Source: Octopus vulgaris
Lineage: Eukaryota
NCBI GenBank assembly: GCA_951406725.2
Contig: OX597828.1
Span: forward strand, 72,044,001-72,108,000
Direction: 5' to 3'
DNA length: 64,000 nucleotides
Shown piece after piece: positions 14,224-27,159 of the stretch. The position numbers and the translations under genes were made by a program. The notes beneath the pieces are model-generated. The model worked only from the letters and a program-made list of their open reading frames with translations. It was not told the origin of the DNA and did no database searches. Numbering within the stretch: the stretch's first letter is position 1; each line of letters begins with the position of its first letter.

Positions 14224-15034
14224 CCACCATCATCATCATCATCATCATCATTTAATGTCCCTTGTCCATGCTGGCATGGGTTGGATGGTTTGACTGAAAA
14301 CTGGTAAGCCAGAGAACTGCACCAGGTTCCAGTCTGATTTGGCATGGTTTCTACGGCTGGATGCCCTTCCTAATACCAACCATACCATGGGCCTGAGAAT
14401 ACGTAGTAGAGATGGCATAAGAAGAAGTCATACGATGCTGCTCCAGCATGGGCGCATCAGTTAGTGATGGTACAAACTGAAGAAGCAAAAAGGAAAAAAA
14501 GAAAAGAAGATATGATGTGGTTGGGGAGGAGGCTGCGAAAGGGTTAATCATGTTTTGTATGAGATTCAAATGTATAAAAAAAAATCTATAAAATGATTTT
14601 ATGAAAATTATCCAAGCATATATGTTTGTGTGGGTGTTTGCGTGTGTGTGTGTGTGTGCATAAGATATTCATACACAGAGACACAGAGACACACATGCAT
14701 TCATGCACATACATACATACGTGCATACATGCTCTAATAACCTACATGAATTTGAAATATGGATTTCATGTACTTGCCATTAAGATACACATATCTACAT
14801 ACACATACACACACACATATACACATACACACATACACTTACATACAAAGACACATACAAACATATAAAGCCATCCATTTATAGAAGCCATGCCAAAGCC
14901 AACACTGGAACCTGGGGCAATTTTCCAATGCATCAGCTCCTGTCAAATTGTCCAATCCAGGATAGCATGGAAAGCAGATATTAAACAATGGTGATGATGA
15001 TCATGATCATGATATATGTATATATAAATATATA

Positions 15035-15416
15035 GGCGCAGGAGTGGCTATGTGGTAAGTAGCTTGCTTCCAAACCATATGGTTACAGGTTCAATCCCAC
15101 TGCGTGGCATCTTGAGCAGGTGTCTTCTGCTAAAGCCTCGGGCCAACCAAAGCCTTGTGAGAGGATTTGGTAGATGGAAACTGAAAGGAACCTGTTGTGT
15201 GTGTGTGTGTGTTTGTGTTTGTGTTTGTCCCCCCCACCACTGCTGAAAACTGATGTTATTGTGTTTATGTCCACGTAACTTAGCGGTTCGACAGAAGTGA
15301 CCAATAGGATAAGTACTAGGCTTATAAAAAATAAGTCCTGGGTTGATCTGTTCGACTTAAGGCAGTGCTCCAGCATGGCCACAGTCAAATGACTGAAACA
15401 AGTAAAAGAATAAAAG

Positions 15417-15417
<1 letters not shown>
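15035..15417 (+). mobile_element. tRNA-derived SINE, family A
   Basis: ggcgcaggagtggctatgtggtaag head, ggttcaatccc B box, internal (GT)n, tail gactgaaacaagtaaaag. Confidence 0.88.
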
Positions 15418-15466
<49 letters not shown>

Positions 15467-15769
15467 ATATGTATATATATCCACGTCCAGAAAGAATGAA
15501 ATACTACTATACATGATTAGCACCAACTAGAAAATTCAAAGAATCTCTCATGAAGTAAAGAACAAACAAATTGAATATGAGATTTCTGTTTGTCTTTTAC
15601 ATTATGGTTCTTTAATTCCCAAGTCAACTTTCTAATCCCACCAAATATTTTGAAGAAAGGGTTATTCCCCTTGTAATGACTGTCCACTAGAGGAAGACAT
15701 GTCTGTATGCATGTAGCCAACATGTGCTACACTACATGCACACACAAACATGCATATACATACATACAT

Positions 15770-15971
15770 ATGTGACCTCGTGAGTACCGCCAGCGATTTT
15801 TTTTCCTCTGTCTTCCCTTCTCGGGATCTTTCCTTCTCCTATGTTTCCGACAAAGAGCTCCGCTCGAAACGTTAAACCCTCCTTCTTCCCTTCTTTCTTG
15901 AGCGTTCAATAATACTTTATTTGTTCCACGTCCTCGCGTTGCTGTGTTTTTTTGTGTTTTCTTGTTTGGAT

Positions 15972-15975
<4 letters not shown>
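15770..15975 (+). mobile_element. Short Penelope-like repeat (family F), degenerate hammerhead
   Basis: gtttCCGACAAagagctccgctcGAAACgttaaac at ~15843-15877. Confidence 0.65.
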
Positions 15976-16069
<94 letters not shown>

Positions 16070-16400
16070 ATTGGGTCACTCCTGGCCATGCTTCCATTAG
16101 TCATGATGTAGTATTCCATAATTCTCTCAGTGAACAACTTAGAATAATCGAATCCTGAATCTGGCTTTAACAAAAGCTGAAGCTGATCGATTAGTTGACT
16201 TGACCTTTGACCTCTGGCTGTTTACTGTTCTTTACTTCAACAATGGGCAATGCTTTCACTGTGATGCTTAAAATAGGTTTATTAAACATGTGATTGCAAA
16301 CTTGGTTAGAGCAGAACATATATTACACAGATATACATACATATACATATGCAAAATATACATACATATATATACACACACACATACATATATACATACA

Positions 16401-16467
<67 letters not shown>

Positions 16468-16809
16468 CTTGTTTCAGTCATTTGACTGCGGCCATGCTGG
16501 AGCACCGCCTTCTAGTCGAGTAAATCGACCCCAGGACTTATTCTTTGTAAGCCTAGTACTTATTCTATCAGTCTCTTTTGCTGAACTGCTAAGTTACGGG
16601 ATGTAAACACACCACCATCGGTTGTCAAGCAATGGTGGGGGGACAAACACAGACACACAAACATATACATACATACACACATATATATATATATATATAT
16701 ATACAATGGGCTTCTTCCAGTTTCCGTCTACCAAATCCACTCACAAGGCTTTGGTCGGCCCAAGGCTATAGTAGAAGACACTTGGCCAAGGTGCCACGCA
16801 GTTGGAATG

Positions 16810-16855
<46 letters not shown>

Positions 16856-17043
16856 CATATATAAAAAGAATAAAAAGAAAAAGAAATAACAGAAAAAAAG
16901 TGAAGATAAAAAAAAAAATAAAGCAAAAAAAAAAAAAAAGAAAAAAAAAGAAAAAAAAGAAAAAAAAAAAGAAAAAAGAAAAAAATAAAAAAAAAACAAA
17001 AAAAAAAAAAAAAAAAAAAAATCAGAAAAAAAAAAAAATAAAG

Positions 17044-17079
<36 letters not shown>

Positions 17080-17287
17080 TTTTTTTGCGCAGATATCTTG
17101 TTGTGTGTGTTTGTTTGTTTGCGTAGGCCTCTGAGCAGATATCGTCAAGCTTTTGTGTTGTTGTGCTGTTTGTGTGTTCTTTGTGTGGTGTGCAGGAGTG
17201 CTTTTTTTGTTTTTGCTCTTGTTTAGTGTGTTTTATTGTTTTGGGTGTATTGTCTATATATATATAATCAGACCATATATATATGTA

Positions 17288-17353
<66 letters not shown>

Positions 17354-17363
17354 TACATATATA

Positions 17364-17416
<53 letters not shown>

Positions 17417-17419
17417 ATT

Positions 17420-17454
<35 letters not shown>

Positions 17455-17929
17455 AAACGGGTAGTTATTTTACTGACATAAGGCAATTGAAAACTTAAAA
17501 ACAAGACACACACATACATACACACACACACTGACCTCCCCCAACCCCACCACCACCCTACCACCACCTTCCGCTGCTGCCACCACCACAACTGCCGCCA
17601 CTGCTGCCGCTGCCACTGCCACCACCACCACCACGACCACCAACAGAGCATTAAACTTCACTGTTGCTTCCTCGGCGTGTGTACAAAAAGAATGTTTTTA
17701 ACTGATTCAGAAGGACTTATTAATATTTCAAACTGCATCTGATAACGAAACACTCAACTACAATACAGGTTCCTATAATTTCCTGGTTCAATAAATATAT
17801 CTTATCGACATTGGAAGATGACAAAGAACAAGCTGCTGAGGGGGGATGGCTTCAGACAGGCTTTTCCAAGCTGTATGACGTTGATTCTCATACACTTACA
17901 AGACAATACATGTCTGAGTAAGATATGTT

Positions 17930-17965
<36 letters not shown>

Positions 17966-18172
17966 CTGCATCTATATATACACTATATAAGGTTCCTATA
18001 ATTTTGGTTCTATAAATTCGAGTCGACAAAGAACAGAGCTGCTGCAGGGGTCAAAATGGCGGCTCTTCCACACTGTGTAATGTTTTGTCACCTGCTGCAG
18101 ACAAAGGATGTCTGAGTAAATATACCTCTGAATTTGTTGCAGGTGTATCGGAGAGGGGTTGCATGGTGAAAT

Positions 18173-18231
<59 letters not shown>

Positions 18232-18299
18232 AAAAACAACAGGAGCATAAGGCAGAACATATTTTTGTTCTAGATCTAGCAGTATCGTATAATAGATTT

Positions 18300-18341
<42 letters not shown>

Positions 18342-18458
18342 ATCCAAAGAAAGCACTCACAACAGCGAGAATGTGGAACAAATATATTATGATTGCTAAG
18401 AGAAGGGTTTAACGTTTCGAGCCTTCGTCAGAAACATAAAGATCCAGAAATATATATG

Positions 18459-18516
<58 letters not shown>

Positions 18517-18679
18517 TGTGACCTTGATGCAGCCTGGTGTCTTCCCTTCTATCTTTCCTTCTCCTTTGTTTCCGACATGCTCGAAACGTTAACCCTCTCT
18601 TCCCTTCTTTCCTGAGCGCCAATAATACTTTATTGTTCCACTTCCTCGCGTTGCTGTGTTTTTTTGTGTCTTGTTTGGA

Positions 18680-18715
<36 letters not shown>

Positions 18716-19549
18716 GTTAATCACACACACAACATACATACATAGAACTACATATATACATACATACATATATATATATATATTATATATACATACATAT
18801 ATATTTTACTGACATAAGAGAAGAAAACTTAAAAACAAGAACACACATACATACACACACACACTGACCTCCCCCAACCCCACCACCACCCTACCACCAC
18901 CTTTCCGCTGCTGCCACCACCACAACTGCCGCCACTGCTGCCGCTGCCACCGCCACCACCACCACCACCACACCACCAACAGAGCATTAACTTCCTGTTG
19001 CTTCCTCAGTTTACAAAAAGAATGTTTTTAACTACAGAAGGACTTATTAATATTTCCTGCATCTGATAACGACACTCAACTACAATACAGTCCTATAATT
19101 TCTGGCAATAAATATATCTTATCGACATTGGAACACACAAAGAACACCCTCCTATCTACAGGCTTTTCCAAGCTGTATCGTTGATTCTCATACACTTCGA
19201 CAATACACTGAGTAAATATACACACACACACACACACACACTTTTCATCTCTCTCTCTCTCTCTTTAACTCTTTCCCTCATTATTTCCTCTCCATCTCCC
19301 CACTCCTCTAGTCTATATTTCTCAGTATTCTTCCTAACGCCAACCACTCCCACTCCCTACTCCTCTCATCCATCCTTCTTTTTATTGTAATATAACACCA
19401 GTTTTCACTCTAGGTCAAATCTATCTTTTTTTCTCTCTCCTATAATCTTTGGATACTCCTATCCTTCTCTCTATCTATCTGTTACTATATTTTGATGTCT
19501 ATATCTAGCACACAGGCTATCCACTTTTAATGGTCAATCCTCTAGATTT

Positions 19550-19589
<40 letters not shown>

Positions 19590-19593
<4 letters not shown>

Positions 19594-19782
19594 ATCCAAA
19601 CAAGAAAGCACAAAAAAACACAACGCGAGAATGTGGAACAAATATAGTATTATTGATTGCTAAAGAAAGAAGGAGGGTTTAACGTTTCGAGCGGAGCTCT
19701 TCGTCAGAAACATAAGAGAAGGAAAGATCCAGAGAAGGGAAGACAGAGGAACAAAAATCGCCAACGGTACACACGAGGTCAG
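19590..19782 (-). mobile_element. Short Penelope-like repeat (family F) next to (TA)n
   Basis: Same family as 12967 and 15770; carries an intact minimal hammerhead core. Confidence 0.7.
19677..19711 (-). ncRNA. Minimal type I hammerhead ribozyme motif
   Basis: GUUU CUGACGA A GAGC ucc GCUC GAAAC GUU AAAC: stem I GUUU/AAAC, stem II GAGC/GCUC, palindromic ACGU stem III. Confidence 0.75.
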
Positions 19783-19794
19783 ATATACATATAT

Positions 19795-20110
19795 AAGGCT
19801 AAAGACCCCTGCTTCAGTCATGAATGACCCCTCTGAGGCACAAGTCCTGGCTAGGTTGTTTTAAGGAAGACCAGCAGTCGTCCATGCATACCAGCTTTCC
19901 CTCTCCGTGCCACCAGTGTTATCCAAGGGAAAGGCAAAGGGGCCGATACAGCTTGGCACCTGTGATGTCGCAACTCATTCCTACAGCTGAGTGAACTGGA
20001 GCAATGTGAAATGAAGTGTCTTGCTCAAGAACGCAACACACAGTCAGGTCTGGGAATCGAACTCACTACCTCATGATCGTAAGCCTGACACTGTAACCAC
20101 TGAGCAATGA
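19795..20110 (-). mobile_element. tRNA-derived SINE (separate family)
   Basis: Minus-strand head tgctcagtggtt...gagttcgattccc followed by cttgagcaagacact. Confidence 0.75.
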
Positions 20111-20679
20111 ATCAGCACACACACACGACCACACATAGAACTACATATATATATGTATGTACATATATATATATATATTATACATACATACATATATATA
20201 TATATATAAGAGAGAGAGAGAGAGAGAAAGCGATAGATAGATAGGTGCAGGCATGGCTGTGTGGTAAGAAGGTTGCTTCCCTACCACTCAACTTAACTGC
20301 TTGCTTTCCATACAGAGCATGTCCCTGGGTATCCTTTCATACTCCTTCGCTTGAAGAAGCTACAATAAATAAAAAAAAAAAGAAGGATAATAATTGCCAA
20401 AACAACATCTGCCACACTTTTCGTCCAACTCTCTCACAGTTCTGTCGAGTTTATTAACTTATTAACTGTTTGTGTTTCCACAGAAGGTGACTCCTAGGCA
20501 AGCCCTCCTACCGCTACCCCGGGCCCCACTTATCTCTAGCAGTCATTATCCCACTGTGCTGCCGTATATCAGTATTGACAACACCAAAAATTATCTCTTT
20601 ATCAGGACAAAGATAACATCTTGGCTGAATTCTGTTTCAACTCCTTCATGGAAATAACAAACAAAACTCACACCTTCCA

Positions 20680-21310
20680 ATCTTCCTTCTCCCCCTCTCT
20701 CTCTCTCTCACTCTTTCTGTCTGTCTGTCTCTCTATCTATTTTTCCTTCTCACCATCTCTCTATCTCCCTTCTTACTATATTTTCCTTCTCTCCCCCTCT
20801 CTTTATCACCCTCTCTCTTCCTCTTTCCACTGTTCCTCTCTCTACTTTTCTCTCTCTCACTCCCTCTCTTTATTGCCTTCTCTTTCTCCCTCTATCTATC
20901 TTTCCTTCTCTTCATCTCTTTCTTTCTCTCTCTTTCCTTCTTGCCATCTCTCTCTTTTCCTCTCTCTCTCTATTTATCTATCTGTCTATCTCCCTCCTTT
21001 CTATATTTTCCTTCACTCTCTGCCTCCCTCTCTCTTTATCACCCTCTCTAGTGCCTTCTCTCTCTCTTTCCCTTTCCACCGCCCCTCTCTCTACTTTCCT
21101 CTCTCTCTCACTCCTCTCTTTATTGCCTTCTCTTTCTCTCCTCCTCTCTTTCTCTCTTTCTTTTGTCTCTCTCCTCCTCCCCACCCTCACTTTATCTCCT
21201 CCTTCTGCACCTCCCCTCTCTCTCTCTCTCCACATACATACACTCTCTCACCCACTCCCTCTCTCCCTCTCTATCTATCTATTAATCTCTCTATCTCTCA
21301 CCCTCTCTTT
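20680..21310. repeat. Polypyrimidine (CT-rich) tract with an internal ~225-bp duplication
   Basis: ctatattttcctt...tttattgccttctctttctc occurs at ~20776 and ~21001. Confidence 0.8.
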
Positions 21311-21849
21311 AAACAATCAATAATGTTTTCACTATTTCCTTCATATTGATTTTGCTATCCATTTTCTATTTCCCAATTTTATAGGCTTTTGTTATCACAC
21401 AAACACTCACGCACACACACACACACACACACATTCACATACACACAGATAATACCACTAAACTATATATCACACACATACACACATCCATGCATACACA
21501 CTTTGTGAACATACACGCACATATACTATCACATACAGATACATATACATACTACAAAATACACACTCACACTACACACACACGCACGCACAAGCGTACA
21601 TGCTCACTCATACACACACATATTGCGTAGAGATGTATTCTTTTATTTTTTTATTTGTTTCAGTCATTTGACTGCATGCAGCTTTAGTTAAATGAATTGA
21701 TCCCAGGACTTATTCTTTGTAAGCCTAGTACTTATTATATCGGTCTCTTTTGCCAAACTGCTGGCAGGGATGTAAACACACCAACACCTGTTGTCAAGTG
21801 ATGGTGGGGGAACAAGCACACACACACACAAACATATACATATACATAT

Positions 21850-21956
<107 letters not shown>

Positions 21957-22031
21957 AATATATATATATATATTACGGAGATGTACTCGCATAGCAAGTA
22001 ATTTGATCTGAGATCGTGTGCTGAAACGAAA

Positions 22032-22302
22032 ACAATTGCAGCGTGGGAGGTATATAAGCCATTTAAGAAACACACAAAGCCGTTCTGATTCACTCCAACA
22101 TTTTAAGTTTAATTTGTCAAAATATTTTGTCGCTAAAATCCGCGACCTGTTCACTGACAAAGTCCAGCACGGACTTTGTCAGTGAACAGGTCGCTGGATT
22201 TTAGCGACGAAAATATTTTGACAAATTAAACTTAAATGTTGAGTGAATCGAACGGGCTTTTGTGTGTTTCTTAAATGGCTTATAAACACCTCCCACGCTG
22301 CA

Positions 22303-22307
<5 letters not shown>
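22032..22307. repeat. Long inverted repeat (~135-bp arms, 5-nt loop) between (TA)n tracts
   Basis: Arms acaattgcagcgtgggagg... / ...cctcccacgctgcaattgt; centre gtcc-agcac-ggac at 22162-22174. Confidence 0.95.
22175..22225 (+). ncRNA. Type I hammerhead-like motif with G3-C8 core variant
   Basis: UUUGUCA GUGAACA G GUCGC..GCGAC GAA AAUAUU U UGACAAA: 7-bp stem I, stem II GUCGC/GCGAC, palindromic stem III. Confidence 0.6.
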
Positions 22308-22386
<79 letters not shown>

Positions 22387-22819
22387 TATACATATATATA
22401 TATTGGTCTGCTCGCTTAGCCAGTGGGGTGGCGTCATTTGAAGGCTAAAACAATGCAAAGTGCATTGTGACCAGTGATGTGTAGCAACATCTGATAGCCT
22501 GGTCGGTCATGTGATCACGTGATATATATATATATATATATATGATGGGCTTCTTTCAGTTTCCGTCTACCAAATACACTCACATGGCTTTGGTTGGCCT
22601 GAGGCTATAGTAGAAGACACTTGCCCAAGGTGCTACACAGTGGGACTGAACCTGGGACCAATATGGTTGGGAAGCAAGTTTCTCACCACACAGCCATGCT
22701 GTGCTCATATATATATATCTTTTATCTTTTACTTGTTTCAGTCATTAGACTGTGGCCATGTTGGGGCACATCACTACATAGAATATTTGCTAATGCTGTT
22801 TATTCATTATGTAAGTTGG

Positions 22820-23450
22820 CAACTTGGCAAAATTGTTGGCATGCCATATGAAACACTTAAAGGCATTTCGTCTGCCGCTATGTTCCAAGTTCAAATTCCT
22901 CTGAGATCTCAACTTTGCCTTTGATCCTTTTGGGGTCAATAAAATAAGAACCAATTGAAGCACTGGGAGGGGGGAGGCGATGTAATCGACTTGCCCCCTC
23001 CCCTCCACTGAAATTGCTGGCCTTGTGCCTGAATTTGAAACGAATGTCGTGTTATAACCTATTTCTTTACTGCTCACAAGGGGACAAACAAGGACAGACA
23101 AACGGATTAAGTCGATTACATCGACCCCAGTGCGTAACTGGTACTTATTTAATCGACCCGAAAGGATGAAAGGCAAAGTCGATCTTCGCGGAATTTGAAC
23201 TCAGAACGTAGTGGCAGACGAAATATCGCTAAGCATTTCGCCCGGCGTGCTAACGTTTCTGCCAGCTCGTTGTTATAACCTAAGGTGACGAGTTGGCAAA
23301 ACGCTTGGCAGCATTTCGTCCGTCTTTATGTTCAGAATTCAAATTCCACCAAGGTCGACTTTGCCTTTCATCCTTACGGGGTTGATAAATTAAGTACCAG
23401 TTGCATACTAGGGTTGACATAATCGACTTACCCTCCTCAGAAATTTGAAA
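22820..23450. mobile_element. Cluster of three family-B SINEs (+, -, +)
   Basis: Shared core gtcgactttgcctttcatcc...aagtaccagtt. The middle copy (23062-23270, -) is flanked by the 12-bp TSD tgttataaccta (23050-23061 and 23271-23282). Confidence 0.85.
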
Positions 23451-23588
23451 ATATGTGCATGTGTGTTTGTGCGTGCATAAGTGAGTAAATCTAATTATGT
23501 GTGTATGTTAATCTCTCACTCTCTCTATTACTCTCTCGCCCTTTCTCTCTTCCACATATACATCTATATCTATCTATCTATCTATCTA

Positions 23589-23646
<58 letters not shown>

Positions 23647-23650
23647 CATA

Positions 23651-24070
23651 GGCGCAGGAGTGGCTGTGTGGTAAGTAGCTTGCTTACCAACCACATGGTT
23701 CGGGTTCAGTCCCACTGCATGGCACCTTGTGCGAGTGTCTTCTACTATAGCCTCGGGCCGACCAAAGCCTTGTGAGTGGATTTGGTAGACGGAAACTGAA
23801 AGAAGCCCATCGTATATATGTATATATATATATGTATGTATGCGTGTATGTTTGTGTGTCTGTGTTTGTCCTCCCAACATCGCTTGACAACCGATGCTGG
23901 TGTGTTCATGTCCAAATAACTTAGCGGTTCGGCAAAAGAGACCGATAGAATAAGTACTAGGCTTACAAAGAATAAGTCCTGGGGTTGATTTGCTCGACTA
24001 AAGGCGGTGATTCAGCATGGCTGCAGTCAAATGACTGAAACAAGTAAAAGAGTAAAGAGAGTAAAAAGAA
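23651..24070 (+). mobile_element. tRNA-derived SINE, family A, near full length
   Basis: A-box-like tggctgtgtggtaag, B-box-like gggttcagtccc, internal (TA)/(TG)n and a (gtaaaga)n tail. More than 12 related copies in the window. Confidence 0.9.
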
Positions 24071-24495
24071 TATAATCAAAATAAGCAACAAGGATATCAA
24101 GTGTAGTGTACAAGCGTTTCATGCTACTTCGTTTTATTAAACAATGCAAGTATTACATCAGTTTTAAAATGTCGAGCAATCTTCAGCCACATATAAATTA
24201 TTTTATTTCTTTCTTTTTTATTTATTTATTTTTTATTTAAATGGACAATGTACATTTTTACACTTATTTCCTTTGCCAACATTACATAGAGGGAAATAAG
24301 TATAAAAATGTACATTGTCCATTTAAATAAAAAATAAATAAATAAAAAGAAAGAAATAAAATAATTCTATATGTGGCTGAAGATTGCTTTACATTTTAAA
24401 ACTGATGTAATACTTGCATTGTTTAATAAAATGAAGTAACATGAAACGATTGTACTACACTACCTTGGATATCCTTGTTGCTTATTTTGATTATA
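24071..24495. repeat. Long inverted repeat (~200-bp arms) with a hammerhead-like motif in each arm
   Basis: tataatcaaaataagcaacaaggatatc... / ...gatatccttgttgcttattttgattata; spacer ~24275-24287. Right arm has tgtgg CTGAAGA...GAAAC gatt GTA ctaca. Confidence 0.9.
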
Positions 24496-24572
24496 ATCAC
24501 CCCATTTGATTTATATGGATAATACCATACCAAATTCTGATGCCTTTAAATTAAGTATCATATTCATCTGAA

Positions 24573-24627
<55 letters not shown>

Positions 24628-24730
24628 TGATGTATACAATTGAATTATCCTTCACTTAGCATCCACCTCTTTTATAGTCATATAAAAACTTTAGCTAAAT
24701 ATAGAAGTCAAATAAATACAATAGTGGGAA

Positions 24731-24771
<41 letters not shown>

Positions 24772-24846
24772 CTATATAATTGGTTGTGTATGTGACTGTG
24801 TGTGTATATGGCAGCATATGTTCATAAACATCCTTATATATAAATA

Positions 24847-24900
<54 letters not shown>

Positions 24901-24977
24901 GTAAAGTTTTCTGACATGCCTACCATTACCTAAACACTCTATGCACAATAGTTGTATATATATATATATATATATAT

Positions 24978-25010
<33 letters not shown>

Positions 25011-25134
25011 GTTTAACATCCGTTTTCCATGCTAGCACGGGTTGGACATATATATATGTATATGCTTATATGTTTGTGTGTATATATATATAAATGCACA
25101 TATATAAATATATATATTTATATATACATATATA

Positions 25135-25560
25135 CAGGGTGGTTGAAAAGTATGTAGGCGTTGAAAATATGGTAATAAAATCCATATTCCTTTCAAAAAT
25201 TTATTGAAACAAATGATGCATGTTCTTTATGACATGGGAAAATGAAAGTAAATCTTCATATTTCAAGGTAAGGACCGGTGACATCAACCAGTTTCCTAAA
25301 ACGGTCAGGGATGGAATGAACAGGTTTCTGAAGGACGTCGTCTGGGATATCATTGAGGACCTCCTGGATCCGTGCCTGCATGTCCTCCCATTTGCGAGGT
25401 TTTGTCTTCTACACCTCTTTTGTGTGACCCCCACAGGTAAAAATTACATAGAGTGCATTCTGGACATCTTGGAGCTCTGGACTTCTGGACTTCTGCAGTC
25501 ACTGTCTTCCAGTTTTAGCTCCAGCATGCAATGGGGGCTTCCACAGACAAGAATTTTATT
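25135..25560 (-). mobile_element. IS630-Tc1-mariner (maT/rosa-like) transposon 3' remnant
   Basis: TA|CAGGGTGG terminus at 25135; minus strand translates KTKPRKWEDMQARIQEVLNDIPDDVLQKPVHSIPDRFRKLVDVTGPYLEI*. Confidence 0.7.
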
Positions 25561-25594
25561 CTTTATGCAATATTGTCTCGTATATATTAGCCAT

Positions 25595-25895
25595 AACTAG
25601 AACAATATAGAACAGGGGGACTTGCTCACCCTCAAAATTTATTTCCTCTTATTTTACAATTTTATACAACATGTTTTTATGGTCTTTATGACCTACACGT
25701 GTTTCCACTGCAGGAAATAAATTTTGAGGACCAACAAGTCTCCATGCTCTACATCGTTATAATAATTACTAAGTGCAAACACGTGTAAGTGATAAAGGGC
25801 ATCAAAATGTGCTGCAGAAAATTGTAAAATAACAGGAAATAAATTTTGAGGATAAACAAGTCCCCCTCTTCCTTATCATTATAATTATTGCTAAT
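25595..25895. repeat. Foldback/MITE-like element with an internal copy of its terminal motif
   Basis: ggggacttg..cctcaaaatttatttcct is inverted at ~25833-25867; caggaaataaattttgagga occurs twice. Confidence 0.7.
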
Positions 25896-25897
25896 AC

Positions 25898-25941
<44 letters not shown>

Positions 25942-26463
25942 TCATCATCATCATCATCATCATCGTTTAACGTCCGTTTTCCGCGCTAGCACGGGTTGGA
26001 CGGTTTCGACCGGGGTCTGGGGAGCTCGGGACTGCCCCAGGCTCCAATCTAGTCTGGCAGTGTTTCTACAGCTGGATGCCCTTCCTAACGCCAACCACTC
26101 CGCGAGTGTAGTGGGTGTTTTTTACGTGCCACCTGCACAGGTGCCAGAGGGGTCTGGCATCGGCCACGTTCGGATGGTGCTTTTTATGTGGGGGGGGTGC
26201 AGAAATATAGGGGAGCACCAGTGGGGAGGGGTGGTTCAGAGAAATGATGACAGGTTCTAGGCAAGTAGAACGTAGGATATCGAGAGAGGGGTAATGCATG
26301 GTGAAATAGCGTATTGAAGAGGGGGGTTCGAAGAGTAGACACCTATAATGGTGGTGGGAGAAGCGACATCCAGTATAGATGGAGCAAAATATAGAGATAT
26401 CCGGTATTGGTGGTGGGGGTGGGCAGGGCGGGTGAAGATACGAAGTTTGATTTTAGACGAATG

Positions 26464-26499
<36 letters not shown>

Positions 26500-26627
26500 G
26501 AAATTAGATAGATAGAGAAATTTGATAAATAGTTAGACAGATAGAGAAACATAAATAAATGGTAACCGAAGTGAAAATTAAGCATTCAACTTATCTGCAC
26601 TCAGGACTACAGCTTGTAGATGAATGA

Positions 26628-26667
<40 letters not shown>

Positions 26668-26734
26668 ATATGTGTATTAGAGGGGACATACTTCAAGATG
26701 GCGCGAAGATACGAAGTTTGATTTTAGACGAATG

Positions 26735-26766
<32 letters not shown>

Positions 26767-27052
26767 GAAATTAGATAGATAGAGAAATTTGATAAATAGT
26801 TAGACAGATAGAGAAACATAAGAGGGAGTATCCGGTGTAGATGGTGAGAACAGTGTTCACCGGTATTGGTGGTGGGGGTGGGAGGGCGGGCGCACCGCGC
26901 ATTGGGAGAAGATGAGGTTTTAGGCGGCAGAAAGAAGACAGGATTGAGATGAAATGCTTTGCGGTGTGTGAATAAGTTTTTGTGAGTGAAAGTTTTTATG
27001 CTTCAGCTAGCATTTGAGACGAAAGACAACGATAACGCTATTAGATGGGGAT

Positions 27053-27130
<78 letters not shown>

Positions 27131-27159
27131 TATATGTATATATATATATATATGTTGAT

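Noticed and set aside
16807-17226. Lys-rich ORF
   Set aside because: Translation of noisy poly-A, probably low-quality sequence.
20621-21349. 242-aa Ser/Leu/Phe-rich ORF
   Set aside because: Product of a CT-rich low-complexity tract.
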